Assembly (NCBI GenBank): GCA_964626755.1
Contig: CAZVGO010000004.1
Location: 11,272-75,271, forward strand
Direction of reading: 5' to 3'
DNA from: an uncultured Anaerolineaceae bacterium
GTDB taxonomy: Bacteria; Chloroflexota; Limnocylindria; Limnocylindrales; CSP1-4
Length of the DNA stretch: 64,000 bases
Shown: positions 1-10,222 of the stretch, one piece after another
Layout: each line of letters starts with the position of its first letter
Numbering within the stretch: position 1 is the stretch's first letter
Translations under genes and position numbers: made by a program
Notes under the pieces: model-generated
Seen by the model: the letters and a program-made list of their open reading frames with translations, nothing else
What the model was told of the DNA's origin: nothing
Database searches by the model: none

Positions 1-97
1 TGGGGGCGCTCCACGCGGCGGGGGCCGAAGCGGGGCGGGTCGGCGAAGTCGTGCCGGCCGACGGCGACCAGCGTTACGTCGAGGGGCCGCTATCGTC

Positions 98-2347
98 GTG
101 AGCCCGCGCGCGACCGGGAGAATCGCGGTGGGCGTCTCGGGCGCCGGATCGAATCTCCACGCGCTCGTCGCGGCTGCGCGGCGTGGCGAGGTTGGCGGCG
201 ACGTTGTCCTCGTCTTTGCCGACCGGCCGTGCCCCGCGCTCGACTGGGCGGCAGAGGAGGGGATCGACACGGCGCTCGTGCCCGGCGGCGATGACGCGGT
301 GCTGGATGACGCCCTCCAGGGGGCGGCGCCGGATGCGGTCGTCCTCGCCGGCTACCTGCGGATCGTCGGGCCCCTGGTACTTCGGCGATTCGGCGGACGG
401 ATCCTCAATACGCACCCGTCGCTCCTGCCCGCGTTTCCCGGGGCCCACGCCGTGCGCGACGCGCTCGCCGCCGGCGTCGTGGTGAGCGGCGTCACCGTCC
501 ATCTCGTCGACGCGACCCTCGACGGCGGCCCGATCGTCGCCCAGGAGGCCGTCCGGGTCATCGCCGACGACGACGAGGCGGAGCTCCACGAGCGGATCAA
601 GGCGGTCGAGCACCGGCTGCTGCCACGCACGGTCGCGCTGCTCCTTGCCGGCGCGCTGTCCGCCGGATCGGGCAGCCGGAGAGCCCGGGTCGACCTCGTC
701 GCCGCGGACGAGCGGGCACCTGTTCCGCGCCGGGCGCTGCTGAGCGTGTCGGACAAGACCGGGCTCACCGAATTGGGCGCCGGGCTCGCGCGCTTCGGGT
801 TCGAGCTCGTGTCCACGGGCGGGACCGCGCGGGCGCTCCGCGACGCCGGCCTCGCCGTGACCGACGTCGCGTCCGTCACGGGCTTTCCCGAGATGCTCGA
901 CGGCCGGGTGAAGACCCTCCACCCGAACGTCCACGCGGGGATCCTCGCCGACCGCCGGTCGGCCGGGCACCGCCGCCAGCTCATTGCCGCGGCGGTCGCT
1001 CCATTCGAGCTCGTCATCGTCAACCTCTACCCGTTTGCCGAGGCGGTCGAGCGGCCGGGGATCACGTTCGACGAGGTCGTCGAGGAGATCGATATCGGCG
1101 GACCGTCGCTCGTCCGTGCTGCCGCGAAGAACCACGCCAACGTCGCGGTCGTCACGGCGTCGACCCGCTACGGGGCGGTCCTCACCGCGCTCGCGGGGGA
1201 GGGGAGTGTTCCGGCGGACCTCCGGGCCGCGCTCGCGGTCGAGGCGTTCCGCCACACCGCGGCCTACGACGCGCGGATCGCCGCGGAGCTGCCGGGCGCG
1301 ATGGACGCCGCGGGCGTTGGGCTACCGGACGAGCCGGGCCTGCCGCGCTCGAGCGATGTCTACCCAACGACGCTGACGATCGGTCTCGAAAAGGTCGAGA
1401 CCCTCCGCTACGGCGAGAATCCGCACCAGGCCGCCGCGCTCTACCAGCGCCCCGGGGCGCGTCCCGCGGACGGGCCGTTCGCGACCGGCGAGCCGCCGCT
1501 GCAGGGCAAGGCGCTCAGCTACAACAACGTCCTCGACGCCTCGGCCGCGGCGGCGATCGCACGCTCTCTGCGGGGACCGGCCTGCGTCGTCGTCAAGCAC
1601 ACGAACCCGTGCGGCGCGGCCGAGCGGGCGACGCTCGTCGAAGCGTGGCAGGCGGCTCTCGCGGGCGACCCGGTCTCGGCGTTCGGCGGCGTCGTCGCGC
1701 TCACGCGCCTTGTCGACGCAGAGGTGGCCGCCGCGCTGACAGCGATCTTCCTCGAGGTGGTCGTCGCGCCCGGGTTCGACGACGCCGCTATCGAGCTGTT
1801 CGCCGCGAAGCCGAACCTCCGGCTGGTCGTCGATCCCGCCCTCGCATCTGACTGGCCGCCCCCATCGCCGAGCGCGACCGGGGCGATCCGGACCGCCGGT
1901 GGCGCCATTCTCGTGTCGACCCCGGATACGCTGCCGGACGACCCGGCCGAATGGGTCCAGCCGACCTCCCGCGCCCCGACCGACGTCGAGCGCCGCGACC
2001 TCGACCTCGCCTGGCGGCTCGTCCGCGCGGCGACCTCGAACGCCATCGTCATCGTCCGCGACGGGATGGAGATCGGGCTCGGGTCGGGCCAGACGAGCCG
2101 GGTCGACGCTGCCCGGCAGGCGGTCGCGAAGGCGCAGGCGATCCAGGGCGACGACGCGCTCGGCGGAGCGTCGGCCGCGTCCGATGCGTTCTTCCCGTTT
2201 CCGGACGCCGTCGAGGCGCTCCTCGAGGCCGGCGTCACCGCGATCGTCCAGCCGGGCGGCTCGGTCCGCGACGCGGAGGTGCTCGCGGCCGTGGAGCGGG
2301 CGGGCGCCACGATGCTCATCACCGGCCGCCGCCACTTCCGCCACTGA
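98..2347 (+). CDS. purH: Fused PurN (GAR formyltransferase, N-terminal ~200 aa) and PurH (AICAR formyltransferase/IMP cyclohydrolase) protein
   Basis: Continuous 749-aa ORF. The N-terminus carries PurN hallmarks (IAVGVSGAGSNL, NTHPSLLPAF, HLVDATLDGGPI). A short linker is followed by a PurH MGS-like domain (LLSVSDKTGL, VSTGGTA, KTLHPNVHAGILA) and an AICARFT domain (KHTNPCGAA). GTG start at 98. Confidence 0.8.
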   Translation: MSPRATGRIAVGVSGAGSNLHALVAAARRGEVGGDVVLVFADRPCPALDWAAEEGIDTALVPGGDDAVLDDALQGAAPDAVVLAGYLRIVGPLVLRRFGGRILNTHPSLLPAFPGAHAVRDALAAGVVVSGVTVHLVDATLDGGPIVAQEAVRVIADDDEAELHERIKAVEHRLLPRTVALLLAGALSAGSGSRRARVDLVAADERAPVPRRALLSVSDKTGLTELGAGLARFGFELVSTGGTARALRDAGLAVTDVASVTGFPEMLDGRVKTLHPNVHAGILADRRSAGHRRQLIAAAVAPFELVIVNLYPFAEAVERPGITFDEVVEEIDIGGPSLVRAAAKNHANVAVVTASTRYGAVLTALAGEGSVPADLRAALAVEAFRHTAAYDARIAAELPGAMDAAGVGLPDEPGLPRSSDVYPTTLTIGLEKVETLRYGENPHQAAALYQRPGARPADGPFATGEPPLQGKALSYNNVLDASAAAAIARSLRGPACVVVKHTNPCGAAERATLVEAWQAALAGDPVSAFGGVVALTRLVDAEVAAALTAIFLEVVVAPGFDDAAIELFAAKPNLRLVVDPALASDWPPPSPSATGAIRTAGGAILVSTPDTLPDDPAEWVQPTSRAPTDVERRDLDLAWRLVRAATSNAIVIVRDGMEIGLGSGQTSRVDAARQAVAKAQAIQGDDALGGASAASDAFFPFPDAVEALLEAGVTAIVQPGGSVRDAEVLAAVERAGATMLITGRRHFRH

Positions 2348-2385
2348 CGGCTGCCGCGGCCCGAGCGACTGCTAGGATCGCGTCC

Positions 2386-3930
2386 ATGAGCGTTGCCGCG
2401 CCCGGCAGGGTCATCGTCGACGACGCGCCGCTCACGTCGCGTGACGTCGTTGCGGTCGCACGCGGCGCGTCGATTGCACTGGGCCCCGCGGCCATCGAGC
2501 GGATCCGTGCGTCGCGGGCCGTCGTCGATCGTCTCGTTTCGGGCGACGAGCTGATCTACGGGTTGAACACAGGGCTCGGGCACGGGCGCAACGAGCGCCT
2601 GCCGGTCGAGGCCCTCGGCGGGAGCCAGGCCGACATCGTTCGGGCCCACGCCGGCGGGTTCGGGCCGCCGTTGCCGGTCGAGGTCGTCCGCGCGGCGATG
2701 GCCGTGCGGATTGCGGGCATCGCCCGCGGCGGGTCCGGCGCGTCGCCGGCGATCGCCGAAGCGTACGTCGGGTTGCTCAACGCGGGAATCCACCCGATCG
2801 TGCCGCTCGTCGGGTCGATCGGCGCGTCGGACCTCATGCACATGGCGGCGATCGCCCTCGTCGCGATGGGCGAGGGCGAGGCGGATCTGCGCGGCGAGCG
2901 CCTGTCCGGCGCAGAGGCGCTCGGCCGGGCCGACATCGCACCCCTCCGGCTCGGCCCGAAGGACGGGCTCACGGTGATCTCGGCGAACGGTGTGTCGATC
3001 GGGCAGGCGGCCCTCGTCGTCGACCGCGCGCAAGGACTCGCGGACGCCGCGGACCTCGTCGTGGCCCTCTCCCTCGAGGCGGCCCGCGGCAACCCGTCGA
3101 TCGTCGACGCGGCCGTCGCAGCCGCGAAGCCGGTGCCCGGCCAGGCCATCGTCGCCGAGAGGATTCGCCGCTTCCTCGGGGGCAGCAGCCTGTCCGTCGC
3201 CGGTGGCGCGGAGTCCGTGCAGGACCCGCTGTCGTTCCGGGTCGCGCCCCAGGTCCACGGCGCCTTCCGCGAGGTGCTCGCGTTCGCGGCCTCGTCGGTC
3301 GACGCGGAGCTCGCCGCGATGGACGACAACCCGCTCGTGTCGATCGCCGATGACCGGATGATCAGCAACGGGAACTTCCATCCGATGCTCCTCGCCCTCG
3401 CCGTCGATGCAGTGCGGCCGGCGCTCGCCCACGTCGGGCAGCTGTCCGACCGGCGGACCGGGCAGCTCTGGGACCGGATCGCCGCGGACACCGGTGCATT
3501 CAGCGCCGAGGCGTTCGAGAAGATGTCGCGGTACGGGTCGCCGCTCCTCCGGTACAGCGGGGCCGCGCGGGCGGCCGAGCTGCGAACGCTGGCCGGCCCC
3601 GCGACGCTCGATGTCGCTCCGCTCGATCTGGGCGTCGAGGACCACGCGACGAACGCGCACCTCGCGGTCCGGCTGACCGACGAGGCGCTCGACCTCGCCG
3701 CGGATGTCCTCGCGGTCGAGCTTCTCACGGCGACCGCCATTCTCGGGTCAGATGACGAAGCCCGGGCGAGGATGGGCCCGCGCACTGGGGCGGCGCTCGA
3801 GCTCGTCGCGTCGACTCTCGCCACGCTGGGTCAGGGCGCGTCCGCCGCCGCGGTTCACGCAGCCGCCCGCGACCTCCTCGATGGCCGGCTCCTCGCCGCC
3901 GCGTCCCCGCCCGGAGACGTGCCGGCTTGA
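2386..3930 (+). CDS. Histidine/aromatic-amino-acid ammonia-lyase family protein (HutH-like). The MIO-forming triad reads Ala-Ser-Asp instead of Ala-Ser-Gly
   Basis: HAL/PAL family similarity throughout (GLNTGLGHG, GSIGAS-DLMHMA, ISANGVSIG). ATG at 2386, in frame with track ORF 1951..3930. Confidence 0.75.
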   Translation: MSVAAPGRVIVDDAPLTSRDVVAVARGASIALGPAAIERIRASRAVVDRLVSGDELIYGLNTGLGHGRNERLPVEALGGSQADIVRAHAGGFGPPLPVEVVRAAMAVRIAGIARGGSGASPAIAEAYVGLLNAGIHPIVPLVGSIGASDLMHMAAIALVAMGEGEADLRGERLSGAEALGRADIAPLRLGPKDGLTVISANGVSIGQAALVVDRAQGLADAADLVVALSLEAARGNPSIVDAAVAAAKPVPGQAIVAERIRRFLGGSSLSVAGGAESVQDPLSFRVAPQVHGAFREVLAFAASSVDAELAAMDDNPLVSIADDRMISNGNFHPMLLALAVDAVRPALAHVGQLSDRRTGQLWDRIAADTGAFSAEAFEKMSRYGSPLLRYSGAARAAELRTLAGPATLDVAPLDLGVEDHATNAHLAVRLTDEALDLAADVLAVELLTATAILGSDDEARARMGPRTGAALELVASTLATLGQGASAAAVHAAARDLLDGRLLAAASPPGDVPA

Positions 3931-4113
3931 CCCGCGCCCCGGCCAGCCCGCATCATCGGCCGGTGAACCGCTTCGGGAGCAACATGGCGATGCCCCGGCG
4001 GTCGCGCTCCGGCCGGGCCTGACCCGCCTCCCGGACGCGGCGACCGCCGTCCCGGTCCGCCCGCGTCGCGCCCAGGCCGGCGCGTCGCCCTCTCCCGCAG
4101 CAGGACACCCTTC

Positions 4114-5751
4114 ATGCCCGACCGTCCCCGGTACTACCTGACGACCGCGATCGCGTACGCGAACAACCGGCCCGGACTCCACACGCTGTTCGAGGTCATC
4201 GGCGCCGACGTCATCGCGCGCTGGCACCGGATGAAGGGCGAGGACGTGCGGTTCCTCACCGGCACCGACGAGTACAGCGTCAACATCGCGCTGACCGCCG
4301 AGGCCCAGGGCAAGGACCCGAAGGCGTTCGTCGACGAGACGGTGGCCCAGTTTCGGACGGCCGAGGACGCGCTCTCGATCAGCCCGGATCGGTTCATCCG
4401 CACCACCGACCCAGATCATCAGCGGGCCGTCCACGAGTTCATCCGCCGGTCGTATGAGAACGGCGACCTGTACCTCGGCACGTACGAGGGCTGGTACTGC
4501 CCGAACGAAGGCTTCGTGCCGAAGGCCCAGCTCATCGACGATGCCGCCGGGACCCACTGCTCACACCATCCCAACGTCGAGCTTCAGTGGCTGTCGGAGC
4601 GGAACTGGTTCTTCCGTCTCTCGAAGTACCAGGAGGCGCTCGAGGGTTACTACGCCGAGCACCCCGACTGGATCGAGCCCGAGTACCGCAAGAACGAGAT
4701 GCTCGGGTTCATGGCCCAGGGCCTCGAGGACTTCTCGGCGTCCCGTCAGAACGCAAAGTGGGGGATCCCGTTCCCGATCGCCGAGAACGGCGAGACCGCC
4801 CGGCGCGAGGACGGCTCGTGGGACCCGGAGGCGGGCACGGTCTACGTGTGGTTCGACGCCCTGATCAACTACGTCACCGGAGCGGGCTTCCCCGACGACC
4901 CCGAGGCATTCGAGAAGTGGTGGCCGGCCGACCTCCACGTCATCGGCAAGGACATCAACCGCCTCCACACGATCATGTGGCCGGCGATGCTCATGAGCGC
5001 CGGTTTGCCCCTGCCGCGCAAGGTCTGGGTCCACGGATGGCTGCTTGTCCAGGGCGAGCGGATGAGCAAGAGCCGGGGCAATTTCCTCGATCCCAACGAC
5101 GTCGTTGCGGCGCTCGGGGCGGATGGAGCGCGCTACGCCACGCTGCGCGAAGTCGCGTTCGACCGCGACTCGGACGTGTCGTGGGACTCGTTCGTGCGCC
5201 GCTACAACGCGGACCTGGCAAACGACTTCGGGAACCTCGTCAACCGGACGGTCTCGATGGCGAATCGTTACCTCAGGGGCGAGCGGCCCGGACCGCGGCC
5301 GCCCGGTGATTCCCCGCTCGCCGAGGCCTGGGACGCCGCGGTTCGAGCCTACGGCGCGAAGCTCGACGCATACCTGCTCCACGAGGCGCTCGCCGAGTTA
5401 TGGGAGTTCGTTGGAGTTGCGAACAAGGCGGTCGACGCGGAGAAGCCGTGGGTCCTCGCGAAGGCCGCGGCCGGTGGCGATGTCGCCGCCACGGAGCGCC
5501 TTCGCGGCGTCCTCGGCGATCTTGTTGAGGCAAGCCGCCTGATCGGCCTGGCGGCGGCGCCGTTCCTGCCGAACACGTCGCCCCGCGTCCTCGCCCAGCT
5601 CGGCTACGACTACCCGTACGCCGCGGACGGCAACGCCGGTCCGCCGATCCTCGACGAGCTCCGCTGGGGCGCCCACGCCGACGCCGAGGGGCGCCTCGGC
5701 ACAGCGGAGCCGCTCTTCCCGCGACTGGATGTCGAGTCGCAGGAGGCCTGA
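4114..5751 (+). CDS. metG: Methionyl-tRNA synthetase
   Basis: 545-aa ORF. The N-terminus YYLTTAIAYANNRPGLHT (HIGH-region context) and the KMSKS-like motif MSKSRGN are present. Confidence 0.9.
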   Translation: MPDRPRYYLTTAIAYANNRPGLHTLFEVIGADVIARWHRMKGEDVRFLTGTDEYSVNIALTAEAQGKDPKAFVDETVAQFRTAEDALSISPDRFIRTTDPDHQRAVHEFIRRSYENGDLYLGTYEGWYCPNEGFVPKAQLIDDAAGTHCSHHPNVELQWLSERNWFFRLSKYQEALEGYYAEHPDWIEPEYRKNEMLGFMAQGLEDFSASRQNAKWGIPFPIAENGETARREDGSWDPEAGTVYVWFDALINYVTGAGFPDDPEAFEKWWPADLHVIGKDINRLHTIMWPAMLMSAGLPLPRKVWVHGWLLVQGERMSKSRGNFLDPNDVVAALGADGARYATLREVAFDRDSDVSWDSFVRRYNADLANDFGNLVNRTVSMANRYLRGERPGPRPPGDSPLAEAWDAAVRAYGAKLDAYLLHEALAELWEFVGVANKAVDAEKPWVLAKAAAGGDVAATERLRGVLGDLVEASRLIGLAAAPFLPNTSPRVLAQLGYDYPYAADGNAGPPILDELRWGAHADAEGRLGTAEPLFPRLDVESQEA

Positions 5752-5944
5752 GCGCCGGGGTCTGTGTCGAATATCAGTGGACGCGATGCAATCGGCGATC
5801 AGGGCGCCCCTCTGCCCCGTACGCCGCCGGGCGCAAGCGTGTCGCGGGCATCCTCCGAGCTGATGACGGCCGCGGAACGTCCGTACCATCGCCGGGGTTG
5901 ATATCTGCGCCAAACGGCCGTGTCACATCGGCGACAATCCGCCG

Positions 5945-6778
5945 ATGCGCCTCGTCGACAGCCATTGCCACCTCCAGGCCGACCGGTTCGACGATGACGT
6001 CGACCTCGTCGTCGGTGGGGCCCGGCTGGCCGGGGTCGAGCGGATCCTCGTCCCCGGCTGGGATCCCGCGTCGTGTGGCCGGGCCATCGGGCTCGTCGAC
6101 CGCTTCCCCTGGCTCGACGCGTCTGTCGGCGTGCATCCCCACGATGCGGCGAACGTCGACGACGACGCCTGGCAGGAGCTCGCCCGCCTGGCCCTCGATA
6201 ATCGCGTCGTCGCAATCGGCGAGACGGGCCTCGACTACGACCGTCTCCACTCGCCGATCCTCGCCCAGCTCGCGAACCTCCGGCGGAACCTCCAGCTCGC
6301 CGCCGAGACCGGCAAGCCTGCCATCCTCCACTGCCGCTCGGTCGAGGGCGAGCGGGAGGCCCAGGACGCGCTGCTGGCGGAGGTCCGGGCTTTTGGCAGC
6401 CGGCCGCCAGCGGTCCTCATCCACTCGTTCTCGGGGCCGGTCGACTATGCCGAGGCGATGCTGGCCCTCGGGGCGGCGATCAGCTTCTCCGGTCTGGTGT
6501 TCCGGCGGGGCGAGGAGGCCTCGGCGGACGTCGTCCGGCTCGTGCCCGAGGACCGCCTGCTCGTCGAGACTGACTCGCCGTTCCTCTCGCCGCCCGGGGC
6601 ACCGCGGGCGCGGAACGAGCCGGAGTGGGTCGTCGTGACCGCACGCTGGGTGGCCGAGCAGCGGGGCGTCGCGCCGGAGGCCCTCGGCGAGGGGCTCGTC
6701 GGAACGTACGACGCCCTCTTCCCGAGCGAGCGGCGCTCGGCGGCGCTGGCTGTTGCCGCCCGCCAAACCCCGTCTTGA
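5945..6778 (+). CDS. tatD: TatD-family metal-dependent hydrolase/DNase
   Basis: MRLVDSHCHL N-terminus and conserved TatD His/Asp/Glu positions. Classic position downstream of metG. Confidence 0.8.
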   Translation: MRLVDSHCHLQADRFDDDVDLVVGGARLAGVERILVPGWDPASCGRAIGLVDRFPWLDASVGVHPHDAANVDDDAWQELARLALDNRVVAIGETGLDYDRLHSPILAQLANLRRNLQLAAETGKPAILHCRSVEGEREAQDALLAEVRAFGSRPPAVLIHSFSGPVDYAEAMLALGAAISFSGLVFRRGEEASADVVRLVPEDRLLVETDSPFLSPPGAPRARNEPEWVVVTARWVAEQRGVAPEALGEGLVGTYDALFPSERRSAALAVAARQTPS

Positions 6779-6806
6779 CAGCCGTCGACCGGCCGCGGTA
6801 CTGTAG

Positions 6807-6833
6807 TTAGCACTCTCACATCGAGAGTGCCAA
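6807..6833 (+). promoter_or_regulatory. CIRCE element (HrcA operator) upstream of groES-groEL
   Basis: TTAGCACTC-tcacatcga-GAGTGCCAA is the consensus TTAGCACTC-N9-GAGTGCTAA with one mismatch. It lies ~170 bp upstream of groES. Confidence 0.8.
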
Positions 6834-7003
6834 GCGACGCGGGAACGCCGATCCGGAGGGGCCCGAGCGGCCCAGAGGAACGGATCGCGACCGCCGCGAC
6901 GCGCTCAATCAAGTTGGCGTGGCTGCCGGACGGCCTCGAGTCTGCCGGCGGCCCGCGATCAGGCGAGTTGGACGGCCCCAGGCCGTCACAGGAGGTACGC
7001 ACC

Positions 7004-7318
7004 TTGGCCACCGCCACCGCAGCCAAGACCAAGCTCCGGCCATTGATGGACCGGGTCGTCGTCAAGCCCACGCCCCGCGAGGAGATGACGAAGTCCGGCA
7101 TCGTGTTGCCCGACACCGCCAAGGAGAAGCCGCAGGAGGGGACCATCCTCGCCGCCGGCCCGGGCGGGTTCGACACCGAGGGCAAGCGGACGCCGATGGA
7201 CGTCAAGGCGGGCCAGAAGGTCCTCTACGCGAAGTACGCCGGGACCGAGTTCAAGATCGACGAAGAGGAGCTCCTGATCGTCAGCCAGAAGGACATCCTC
7301 GCGGTCGTCGAGGACTGA
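7004..7318 (+). CDS. groES: Co-chaperonin GroES (10 kDa)
   Basis: TTG start 8 nt after AGGAGG. The protein (M)[20 protein letters not shown]...[16 protein letters not shown] aligns with actinobacterial GroES. Confidence 0.9.
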   Translation: MATATAAKTKLRPLMDRVVVKPTPREEMTKSGIVLPDTAKEKPQEGTILAAGPGGFDTEGKRTPMDVKAGQKVLYAKYAGTEFKIDEEELLIVSQKDILAVVED

Positions 7319-8995
<1,677 letters not shown>

Positions 8996-9009
8996 TTCGC
9001 GACTGTGAT

Positions 9010-9041
9010 CCCCCGCATGCGCGGCGTTGCCGCTGCGGGGG
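9010..9041 (+). terminator. GC-rich hairpin just after the groEL stop (putative intrinsic terminator)
   Basis: cccccgca...tgcggggg stem 15 nt after the groEL stop. No strong U-tract, which is common in high-GC genomes. Confidence 0.4.
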
Positions 9042-9127
9042 CTCGCTCACGTACGTTCGAGTACGCTCACTCGCCTCCTCGACGGCGCCTTGCGCCTGCG
9101 GGGTCTGCCAGTCGCTCAAGCGCCAAG

Positions 9128-9153
9128 AGAGCCCGGGTCGCAAGGCCCGGGCT
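9128..9153 (+). terminator. Perfect 9-bp stem hairpin (gagcccggg/cccgggctc) followed by ttcgattcc
   Basis: Seen directly in the groEL-lipoprotein intergenic region. Confidence 0.35.
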
Positions 9154-9327
9154 CTTCGATTCCCGCGACTCCGGCCCGCGGCGGTTCCCGTTGCCCTCAG
9201 GCGACATTCCGAGCCCCGGGCCGCGTGGCGGGCACTCCCTCGACGAAGGCGCGACAATGGAGCGGTTGACACCCGGTCGCCATCCGGCGACCCTGATGTG
9301 CCGTCACTCAACCTAGCTGGAGTCACT

Positions 9328-10086
9328 ATGCCCCGCCGCCTGCTCATCTTCCTCGCGCTCGCCGCCTCGCTGGCGGTGGTCGCCTGCAGCAGCACCCCCC
9401 AGGCTCCCGCGCTGAGCGACCCGAAGGAGATCCTCGCCCAGTCGATCGCGTCACTCGCGAACGTCAAGACTGCGACGATCAAGGGGACCTTCGGCGGCTC
9501 CATCAACGCGGCCGAGGCCGGCAACTTCGACCTCTCCTCGGTGACGGTCGACCTGGCCATCGACATTCCGGCGAAGAAGACCCGCGCCACGGTCGACGCC
9601 CCGACCCTCATGGGGACGAACCTCGACCTCATCGTGGCCGACGGGAAGACCTACATCAAGGTCATCGGTCCACTCGCCACGTTCATCGGTGGCGACGCAA
9701 CAGGCAAGTACACGATGACGACTGCCGACACGAGCATCGTGCCGGATGAGGCAACCGATCCGACGAAGGCGATCGCGGAGCTCCGGAAGAGCCTCGACGA
9801 GCTTCCCAAGGCTCCGGAGAAGCTCGCCGACGAGCGGTGTGGCGACCAGGACTGCTATCACGTCAAGCTTGCCCTGACCGCCGACGAGCTGGGCGAGCTG
9901 GCCGAAGGCGCGACCATGGGCAGCGTCTCGGTCGATTTCTGGTCCCGGAAGAACGATCTCCGCCCCGCGAAGATCTCGTTTGCGATGGACATGGGCGCCC
10001 AGGGCACCGTGAGCGGCACGTTCGAGTTCACGTACGACCAGGCCGTGAACATCAGCGCCCCGCCGGCCGACCAGATCGCTCCCTGA
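9328..10086 (+). CDS. Secreted lipoprotein (LppX/LprG-like fold suspected)
   Basis: Signal peptide with a lipobox (LAVVAC) followed by a Ser/Thr-rich segment. ATG at 9328 is in frame with track ORF 9298. Confidence 0.55.
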   Translation: MPRRLLIFLALAASLAVVACSSTPQAPALSDPKEILAQSIASLANVKTATIKGTFGGSINAAEAGNFDLSSVTVDLAIDIPAKKTRATVDAPTLMGTNLDLIVADGKTYIKVIGPLATFIGGDATGKYTMTTADTSIVPDEATDPTKAIAELRKSLDELPKAPEKLADERCGDQDCYHVKLALTADELGELAEGATMGSVSVDFWSRKNDLRPAKISFAMDMGAQGTVSGTFEFTYDQAVNISAPPADQIAP

Positions 10087-10122
10087 GTTCAACGCCGGTC
10101 CGAGCCTGCCCCCACCGCCGAC

Positions 10123-10153
10123 GAATGGCCCGCCCTCGATGGGCGGGCCATTC
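10123..10153 (+). terminator. Perfect 13-bp inverted repeat with a 5-nt loop (intrinsic terminator candidate) after the lipoprotein gene
   Basis: gaatggcccgccc-tcgat-gggcgggccattc. Confidence 0.5.
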
Positions 10154-10222
10154 CCGTTCCGGAGGCTGGCCGTGCCACTCCTCCGCGAGTCGCCGGAGAG
10201 TCACCCCGCCTACAATCGATGA

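Noticed and set aside
74-1255. 393-aa minus-strand ORF antisense to purN-purH. Others of the same kind include 1519..3660(-), 6986..8968(-) antisense to groEL, 31917..34580(-) antisense to dnaE, 58401..60236(-) antisense to uvrB, 45603..46928(+) antisense to int, and 62873..63982(-) antisense to uvrA.
   Set aside because: Long stop-free antisense frames are expected at ~70% GC. Their translations are Arg/Pro/Gly-rich low-complexity strings with no family resemblance, and the opposite strand encodes well-recognised proteins.
9265-9300. TTGACA -35 box upstream of the lipoprotein gene as a defined promoter.
   Set aside because: No convincing -10 hexamer at 16-19 bp spacing. Only a 7-bp IR (ggtcgcc-atcc-ggcgacc) is seen, so no promoter was called.
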